This document shows positions 8,576 through 17,201 of a stretch of DNA of 64,000 bases, piece after piece. Under the pieces are notes generated by a model. That model was not told the DNA's origin. It saw only the letters and a list, made by a program, of their open reading frames with translations, and made no database searches. This stretch comes from an uncultured Oscillospiraceae bacterium (GTDB lineage Bacteria > Bacillota > Clostridia > Oscillospirales > Oscillospiraceae), in assembly GCA_947630785.1 (NCBI GenBank), contig CANRIW010000007.1:18-64017 (forward strand), in the 5' to 3' direction. The stretch's first letter is position 1; every line of letters begins with the position of its first letter. A program made the position numbers and the translations under genes.

Positions 8576-9523
8576 TTACACAGTTTTGTACTTCATTTCC
8601 TTATAGCGGGGCATCTTTTCCTTGACGATCTCGAAGTTGTGGGGATCGCGGTAGAAGCTGCCCTCGGTGGTGCCAATCTCGTCCAGATGGAGGCCGCGGC
8701 CCGCCACGGTGGTGCGGTCTTTCAGGTGGCCGTTCTCCGGGTCGATGACGAACTTCCACTTGCCGTCCTCTTCCTTCAGCACGCCGCCGCAGCCGCACAC
8801 CTGGCACTCCACCTTGTAGTAGGTGCCGTCCCACTGGGGTTCGCCCAGGGACAGGGAGTTGGAGTGGCAGTGGGGGCACCAGCCGAAGTCGGGGTCGCCC
8901 TCCCAGCCCCGGTCCTTGGGATCCTTGCTCAGGGAGCGCATGATGTTCTCACCCATCTTGTGGGCCCGCTCGATGAGGTCGGGCCGGGTGAGCACATGGC
9001 CCTTGGCGGGGACGCGGGTGGCCAGGATCATGTCCACCACGTTGAAGTCGCAGGTGAACATGGCGGCCTGCATATTCTCCAGGGACATGGACATCCAGGC
9101 GCGGGTGGAACCGCCGGTGGTGATCAGGCCGGCGATGCGGTGCTTGGGCTTGATGGCGCCGATCTTCTCCAGGAAGGCGGTCTCATAGGCCAGGGAGCGC
9201 TGCATGAACCGGGTGAAGTTGGCCGAAACCTGCAGATCGTAGGTGGGAGCGGCGAAGATGAACGCGTCGTTCTCGAACATGGCCTGCATCAGCTTGTCTT
9301 TGTCGTCCAGGTTCTTCAGCACGCAGCCCACGTTCTCGCCCTTCATGAACATCCCCTGAGTGCAGTGGGTGCAGCCGGTGCAGTCGATGATCTTGTAGTC
9401 GCTCAGGTTGACGTAGGTGATCTCCGCCCCCAGCTCCTGGCAGGCCAGCAGAGCCTCTTTTGTCAGGATCTCGCTGTTGCCGTCCTTGCGTCCTCCGCAG
9501 ACGCCCATCACTTTGAATGCCAT
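8576..9523 (-). CDS. Flavodoxin-fold FMN reductase / iron-sulfur flavoprotein (Isf)-like with C-terminal Cys4 zinc-ribbon-like extension
   Basis: 315 aa. Compact Cys motif CTGCTHC...C near the N-terminus. NADPH-dependent FMN reductase-like core. C-terminal CPHC...CQVCGC. AGGAGG RBS. Confidence 0.8.
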   Translation of the reverse strand: MAFKVMGVCGGRKDGNSEILTKEALLACQELGAEITYVNLSDYKIIDCTGCTHCTQGMFMKGENVGCVLKNLDDKDKLMQAMFENDAFIFAAPTYDLQVSANFTRFMQRSLAYETAFLEKIGAIKPKHRIAGLITTGGSTRAWMSMSLENMQAAMFTCDFNVVDMILATRVPAKGHVLTRPDLIERAHKMGENIMRSLSKDPKDRGWEGDPDFGWCPHCHSNSLSLGEPQWDGTYYKVECQVCGCGGVLKEEDGKWKFVIDPENGHLKDRTTVAGRGLHLDEIGTTEGSFYRDPHNFEIVKEKMPRYKEMKYKTV

Positions 9524-9628
9524 AATACTACCTCCTGTGTTTTTGTCGGAGGCCCGGCAAAAGCCGCGCTCCTATGTTTGTGGGCCGCCCCTGTGCGGCC
9601 AAATGACACGCGAACCAAACAGCCGTCC

Positions 9629-9687
9629 AAAAAGAGAACGGGCGCCGGGAACTCCGGGCGATTTTTCCACCCCGGCCTCCGGCGCCC
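9629..9687 (-). promoter_or_regulatory. Terminator-like element inside the 5' leader of the redox/ACP/buk operon (candidate attenuator or riboswitch expression platform)
   Basis: On the minus strand: GGGCGCCGG ... CCGGCGCCC (9-bp outer stem, inner CCGGG/CCCGG stem) followed by GTTCTCTTTTT. It lies between a putative -10 box and the first start codon at 9523. Confidence 0.3.
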
Positions 9688-9777
9688 TGTCCACGCTGTG
9701 GACACCGGTAAACCGTGAGTTATATCTACAAAAAACGGGATTCTGCCGTGCCCCTTTGTGCAAACTATTCAATTAAG

Positions 9778-9783
9778 ATTATA
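9778..9783 (-). promoter_or_regulatory. Putative -10 box (TATAAT) for the 9523->143 operon
   Basis: TATAAT on the minus strand within the only AT-rich stretch upstream of the operon. The -35 is weak (TGACGA-like, 17-nt spacer). Confidence 0.3.
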
Positions 9784-9870
9784 ATTCTCTTTGCCGGTTT
9801 CGTCATCCGACAGCAGTCAAATGCTTTTCAAATAATTGCCCACTATTTCCGACAAAAGTCTAATAAACGC

Positions 9871-11130
9871 TCAGACGGTCTCCTCCCGCTCCTCATAGTC
9901 CCCGGAGAAGCGCTCCAGGTAATCCAAAAGCCGGAAGGAGAACTCATAGTCGAACAGCCGCTCCCCGTCGTGCATCAGGTCGGTCCCGACCAACTCCGAT
10001 ATTTTTCCCATGCGGAAAAAAAACGTGCTCTTGTGGATAAACAGAGCGGCGGCGGCCCGGGCCGAGCTCCGGTTTTCCTGCAGGAACGCCCGGATGGTGT
10101 CCATGTAGTGGCTGTCGTGTTCTCCGTCGTACCGGCGGAGCAGTTCGATGTCCGGGTGGATCATGGTCCGCAGATGCTCTGCGTCCCCCGCCCGGGAGAA
10201 CAGGTGGAAGAGATGGGACCTGGCGTAACCTCCCAGCCGCTCACCCTTTGGCAAGGCTTCCAGCGCGGCCTTGGTCTGCTCCCAGGCATAGCGTGCCATG
10301 GTCAGAGAGGTGAAGCGGTAGCTGAACGCCGCCCGCATCTGATTGAACTCCAGGAATTTTCCCAGGGCCACCGCCTCCTGATCGCTGAGCGGCGCGATCC
10401 CGCTTCGGGGCAGCAGCATACACATCCGCCCGTGGACGATGCCCACAAGACACCCGGGAAACATGGCCTGGAGCTGGTCAAAGAAATAACTTCCGGAGGG
10501 TCGGGTGCTCACGTCGTCAAAGGTGAATTCCGCCAGAAAATAATAGCGCTGCGGCTGGATCTTGAGCTGCCGTAGCCGCTGTACGGCGAACTGGTCGCCT
10601 TTGAGCCGGCCCTCCAGCAGCTCCGAGAGGAAATACTCATATTTCACGCCGCTCTCAGTGGCAAAGAAGTCCTGCTTCTGCATCTCGATGGAGAGGACCT
10701 GAGACAGATATTCGACCAGATCCAGCTCCTCGGGGAAAAAGCCCTCCGGCCGCCCGGGGGAGAAGATGTAGGCCACCATGGCCTGATTGATGCGGATGGA
10801 CTGGAACAGGATGGGGCAGGGGAAGCGCGGATCGGTGGACACGCTGGGCCGGGTGCTTTCCAAAAGGCGCTTCACGTGCCGCTTTTCGTCCATCTCCAGG
10901 GTCACGCCGAAGCGCACGAACTGCCGTCCGCCGGAGGTGACCAGGTTTTTCTCGTCGTCAATGTCGGGACAGGTGGCCAGCACCGCGAAGCTGGAGCTGC
11001 ACAGGCTGAACTGCAGGCCGGTGGCGTCGTGGGCGATCTGCAGGAACTGCCGCAGCTGGGTCTTGGTCTGCAGGGCCCGGAACAGCTCATCCTTGGCCCG
11101 CCGCAGCCGCTCTGGGGTCATCCGTTCCAT
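9871..11130 (-). CDS. PucR/CdaR-family transcriptional regulator
   Basis: Start chosen at MERMTPE (GAGGAG RBS). C-terminal PucR-type HTH (RSSARAAAALFIHKSTFFFRMGKISELVG). Located immediately upstream of the operon on the same strand. Confidence 0.8.
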   Translation of the reverse strand: MERMTPERLRRAKDELFRALQTKTQLRQFLQIAHDATGLQFSLCSSSFAVLATCPDIDDEKNLVTSGGRQFVRFGVTLEMDEKRHVKRLLESTRPSVSTDPRFPCPILFQSIRINQAMVAYIFSPGRPEGFFPEELDLVEYLSQVLSIEMQKQDFFATESGVKYEYFLSELLEGRLKGDQFAVQRLRQLKIQPQRYYFLAEFTFDDVSTRPSGSYFFDQLQAMFPGCLVGIVHGRMCMLLPRSGIAPLSDQEAVALGKFLEFNQMRAAFSYRFTSLTMARYAWEQTKAALEALPKGERLGGYARSHLFHLFSRAGDAEHLRTMIHPDIELLRRYDGEHDSHYMDTIRAFLQENRSSARAAAALFIHKSTFFFRMGKISELVGTDLMHDGERLFDYEFSFRLLDYLERFSGDYEEREETV

Positions 11131-11268
11131 CCGACTCGCTCCTCTCTTGTTTTTCGGGAACAGTTTATCACGCTTTGCCCGCGGTTTCAAGCCCTTCCCG
11201 CTCCTTCCGCGCTTGACAGCCGACCCCGTTCTGTGCTACCATCTTCAAAAAGCCAAGGGGGAGTCGGC

Positions 11269-12096
11269 ATGGGCGGACTGAGCCACAGAGAGGTCATGGA
11301 GGGCGTGTTCCACATCGGGGATGGACGGGGAAATTTCTGCACCCTTCTGGTGGGGAGCGCTGGCGCCATCCTTTACGACACCATGATGGGCCTGGGGGAC
11401 CTGCGGGCCTATGTGGCCGGCCTGACCGGCTTTGTGCCCATGGTCATCAACAGCCACTGCCATTTCGACCATGTAGGTGGTAACTTCCAGTTCGAACGGG
11501 TCTATATGTCGGAGGCCGACTTTCCATTGATGGAGATGGGCCTTGACGAGCTGCCCATCCTGGAGGAGACCCAGGGGATGGATTTTTCCTATATGGTGCC
11601 CAATTTCGCGGACAAGGACCGGGTCCATCCCATTGCCCCCGGCACGGTCGTCGACCTGGGCGGCCTGACCGCCGAGGTCATCGCCCTGCCCGGCCACACC
11701 CCCGGCAGCCTGGGCCTGCTGATTCCGGAGAGGAGCCTCCTGCTGGCCGGGGACGCCGTCTCTCCCCAGGCGTGCCTTTTCTTCCCGGAGAGCTCTCTGG
11801 AGGACTACAAAAAGACTCTGGAAATGCTGAAAGGCGTGCCTTTTGACCACTTCCTGCTGGCCCACTTTGACTACCTTTTCCCGAAATCCAAGCTGGACCG
11901 CTTTGCCCAGTGTCTGGACCTCATCGGCAAAAAGCGCAGCCAGGAGTACGTGTTTTTCCCGATCCCGACCTTGTGCGGCCGCCTGTTTGTGCTGGATCTG
12001 GCCGACCCCGACACCGGGGAATTGGTAGGTATCTTTGTCAAGAATTCCGACGCGGGGCGGCAAGGAAACCAATCTTTTCGCCCGAAGCGCGCATAA
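11269..12096 (+). CDS. MBL-fold metallo-hydrolase
   Basis: Start at MGGLSHRE (AAGGGGGAG RBS). HCHFDH metal motif, and LPGHTPGS downstream. Confidence 0.8.
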   Translation: MGGLSHREVMEGVFHIGDGRGNFCTLLVGSAGAILYDTMMGLGDLRAYVAGLTGFVPMVINSHCHFDHVGGNFQFERVYMSEADFPLMEMGLDELPILEETQGMDFSYMVPNFADKDRVHPIAPGTVVDLGGLTAEVIALPGHTPGSLGLLIPERSLLLAGDAVSPQACLFFPESSLEDYKKTLEMLKGVPFDHFLLAHFDYLFPKSKLDRFAQCLDLIGKKRSQEYVFFPIPTLCGRLFVLDLADPDTGELVGIFVKNSDAGRQGNQSFRPKRA

Positions 12097-12127
12097 AAGC
12101 CGGCGTCCGCAAGGACGCCGGCTTTTA
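12095..12127. terminator. Bidirectional hairpin terminator between the convergent MBL gene and clpB
   Basis: AAAAGCCGGCGTCC GCAA GGACGCCGGCTTTT: 11-bp GC-rich stem, GCAA loop, A-run on one side and T-run on the other. Confidence 0.75.
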
Positions 12128-12134
12128 TGCGTAT

Positions 12135-14729
<2,595 letters not shown>

Positions 14730-14787
14730 GGTATTCACTCCTTCGGCGGCCCGGAGGTGACCGGGCCAGGCTGACGTTCTGCCCTGT

Positions 14788-14793
14788 ATTATA
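14788..14793 (-). promoter_or_regulatory. Putative -10 box (TATAAT) upstream of clpB
   Basis: TATAAT on the minus strand about 59 nt upstream of the clpB ATG. No good -35 was seen. Confidence 0.3.
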
Positions 14794-14833
14794 GCCCCCT
14801 CCGGCGGAGAAATCATGAACAAATCGTAAAGAA

Positions 14834-14860
14834 TTAGCACTCTCATTTCGAGAGTGCTAA
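14834..14860. promoter_or_regulatory. CIRCE element (HrcA operator), perfect consensus
   Basis: TTAGCACTC-TCATTTCGA-GAGTGCTAA matches the TTAGCACTC-N9-GAGTGCTAA consensus exactly. It lies between the feoB stop (14869) and the clpB start (14729). Confidence 0.85.
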
Positions 14861-14868
14861 TTCTGCGG

Positions 14869-16704
14869 TCATACCAGTCCCAGCAGATGGGCCGCCCCGT
14901 TCAGCGCCAGACACAGCCCCAGCCCCAGCACCGTGGGTAGCGCCACCGCCGCCGCCGTCCATTTCAGGCTGCCCGTCTCCTTGTAGATGGTGAGGCAGGT
15001 GGTGGAGCAGGGCCAGTGGAACAGGGAGAACAGCATGGTGCAGGCCGCCGTCAGCCAGGTCCAGCCGTGCTGGGTGAGCAGCTGCCCCAGGGCGGCCAGG
15101 TCGTCGAACTCCACCAGGGAGCCGGTGGCGAGGTACGCCATCAGCATCACCGGCAGGACGATCTCGTTGGCGGGCCAGCCCAGCAGGAAGGCCATCAGGA
15201 TAACGCCGTCCAGCCCGAACAGGCGGGCGATGGGGTCCAGGAAGCCGGTGCAGTGGGCCAAAATCGTGGCGTCCCCCACGGTGATGTTGGCGGTGAGCCA
15301 GATCACCGCGCCGGCGGGGGCGGCCACCGTCACCGCCCGGCCCAGCACGAACAGGGTCCGGTCCAGCACCGAGCGCACCAGCACCTGCCCCACCTTGGGC
15401 TTGCGGAAGGGGGGCAGCTCCAGGGCGAAGGAGGAGGGCATCCCCTTTAGCACCGTGGCGGACAGAAAACGGGAACAGGCCAGCGTCCCCGCCGCCCCCA
15501 GCACCAGCACCCCCAGCAGCAGGGCGGCCCCCTCCAGCGAGGGGAGCAATCCGCTCCGCCCGCCCACGAAGAACAGGGTGATGAGGGCGATGAGGGTGGG
15601 GAATTTCCCGTTGCAGGGCACCAGGGACGAGGTCAGAATGGCGATGAGCCGTTCCCGTGGGCTGTCGATGATGCGGCAGCCCGTCACCCCGCAGGCGTTG
15701 CAGCCCAGGGACATGCACATACACAGGGCTTGTTTGCCGCAGGTTTTGGCCTTCTGGAAGGCGTGGTCCAGCACGAAGGCCACCCTCGGTAAGTACCCCA
15801 GGTCCTCCAAAAGGGTGAACAGGGGAAAGAAAATGGCCATGGGGGGCAGCATGACGGCCACCACCCAGGCGGTCACCCGCCACACCCCATCCAGCAGCAG
15901 GCCGGACAGCCACGCCGGCGCCCCCGCCAGCAGCCCCTCCAGCCATGCGCCGACGGAGGCGAACAGCCTGGTCAGCAGCGCCGAGGGCAGGTTGGCCCCC
16001 GCCACCGTCAGCCAGACCACCGCCCCCAGCAGCAGGAGCATGATGGGGATGCCGGTGCTCTTGGAGGTCAGCAGCTTATCCAGCCGCCGCTGCCGGCGGA
16101 GGCGGCTCTCCTCCTGGCCCCGGAGGACCTGCCGGGCGTACCGCTCCGCCAGGCTCACCCGCTGCTCCGGGGCCCGCTCTGGGGCGGGAGGGGCCTCCCC
16201 CTCCCCCTTTACCAGCTTCTCGACGGCGCAGCGCAGGTCGTCCAGGCCGATCCCGTCCCCGGCGGCGGCGGCCACCACCGGCACCCTCAGCCGGTCGGAC
16301 AGGGCGGTCACGTCCACCTCCACCCCCAGCCGGGCGGCCTCGTCCATGAGGTTGACGCACACCACCACCCGCCCGGTGAGCTCCAGCACCTGGAGCACCA
16401 GGATCAGGCTCCGCTCTAGGCAGGTGGCGTCGCACACCACTACCACGCCGTCGGCCCTGCCGCTCTCGATGTAGTCTCTGGCCACCCGCTCCTCCTCCGA
16501 GTGGGCCGCCAGGGAATAGGTCCCCGGCAGGTCGATGAGCTCGTAGTCCACCCCCCGCCAGCGGTACTCCCCCCTGGCCGTGGCCACCGTCTTGCCCGCC
16601 CAGTTGCCGGTGTGCTGCCGCAGGCCGGTGAGGGCGTTGAACAGGGTGGATTTGCCCACGTTGGGATTGCCCGCCAGGGCGATCCGGGGCTTTTGGCTGC
16701 TCAT
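14869..16704 (-). CDS. feoB: Ferrous iron transporter FeoB
   Basis: 611 aa. N-terminal G-domain (GNPNVGKST, DLPG), then a polytopic membrane domain. ATGA overlap with feoA. Confidence 0.9.
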   Translation of the reverse strand: MSSQKPRIALAGNPNVGKSTLFNALTGLRQHTGNWAGKTVATARGEYRWRGVDYELIDLPGTYSLAAHSEEERVARDYIESGRADGVVVVCDATCLERSLILVLQVLELTGRVVVCVNLMDEAARLGVEVDVTALSDRLRVPVVAAAAGDGIGLDDLRCAVEKLVKGEGEAPPAPERAPEQRVSLAERYARQVLRGQEESRLRRQRRLDKLLTSKSTGIPIMLLLLGAVVWLTVAGANLPSALLTRLFASVGAWLEGLLAGAPAWLSGLLLDGVWRVTAWVVAVMLPPMAIFFPLFTLLEDLGYLPRVAFVLDHAFQKAKTCGKQALCMCMSLGCNACGVTGCRIIDSPRERLIAILTSSLVPCNGKFPTLIALITLFFVGGRSGLLPSLEGAALLLGVLVLGAAGTLACSRFLSATVLKGMPSSFALELPPFRKPKVGQVLVRSVLDRTLFVLGRAVTVAAPAGAVIWLTANITVGDATILAHCTGFLDPIARLFGLDGVILMAFLLGWPANEIVLPVMLMAYLATGSLVEFDDLAALGQLLTQHGWTWLTAACTMLFSLFHWPCSTTCLTIYKETGSLKWTAAAVALPTVLGLGLCLALNGAAHLLGLV

Positions 16705-16958
16705 AGGGCCGCTGCCCCCGCCGGGACGGCCTCCACCCGGACGCCCCCCGCGTCGCTCCCCCGCAGGGCGATGAGAGCCCCCCGGATCCAGTAGGCCCGC
16801 GGGTCGCCGGCGGGGCTTTGCAGCACGCAGGTCACCTGCGTCCCCGGCACCAGTCCCAGATCGGTCAGCCGCCGGTCCATCCCCGGCCGGGCGCTGACCT
16901 CCTTCACATAAGCGCTCTCCCCTTCCCCCAGGTCGGAGAGGCGCAGCGTCTCAAACAT
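16701..16958 (-). CDS. feoA: FeoA family iron transport protein
   Basis: 85 aa SH3-like FeoA sequence (V..V......RL.DLGL.PG). AAAGGAG RBS. Translationally coupled to feoB. Confidence 0.85.
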   Translation of the reverse strand: MFETLRLSDLGEGESAYVKEVSARPGMDRRLTDLGLVPGTQVTCVLQSPAGDPRAYWIRGALIALRGSDAGGVRVEAVPAGAAAL

Positions 16959-17038
16959 TTGGCTCGCTCCTTTCCCGCGGAGGCCGTCTTTGCGGGCCCC
17001 CGCAAGCTATCCTATGGATCGGAGTGAGCCAATGTGAC

Positions 17039-17064
17039 AAAAAAGCGCCCTGTCATAGGGCGGC
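17039..17064 (-). promoter_or_regulatory. Weak terminator-like hairpin in the feoAB leader
   Basis: Minus strand: CGCCCT ATGAC AGGGCG followed by CTTTTTT. It sits about 90 nt upstream of the feoA ATG. The divergent neighbour means no upstream gene needs terminating here. Confidence 0.3.
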
Positions 17065-17074
17065 TGCAAGCGCG

Positions 17075-17104
17075 TTCCGCGCGGAATATATTCCTGAATA
17101 TTCC
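17075..17104. promoter_or_regulatory. Nested palindromes in the feoA / hybrid-kinase divergent region (candidate operator)
   Basis: TTCCGCGCGGAA (perfect 12-mer palindrome) overlaps GGAATATATTCC (perfect 12-mer palindrome), followed by TGAATATTCC. Confidence 0.45.
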
Positions 17105-17139
17105 TTGTGTTTTCCCGGTCCGCGGAGGGCAGGTTTTTC

Positions 17140-17168
17140 TTGCGTTTGGAGGGTTTTTAAGGTATAGT
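17140..17168 (+). promoter_or_regulatory. Putative sigma-70-type promoter of the hybrid histidine kinase
   Basis: TTGCGT, 17-nt spacer, TATAGT. About 34 nt upstream of the ATG at 17202. Confidence 0.4.
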
Positions 17169-17201
17169 AAGATATCTGCTGCATATGGAGGAACCGTTAT
17201 C

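Noticed and set aside
143-9523. Possibility that the redox/ACP/Pta operon is a glycine/sarcosine/betaine or proline reductase (Grd/Prd) system with a selenocysteine codon
   Set aside because: I saw no in-frame TGA interrupting an otherwise continuous homologous frame, no GrdA/GrdB/PrdA-like sequences, and no SECIS-like hairpin associated with a TGA. The analogy is limited to an acyl-phosphate-forming end step.
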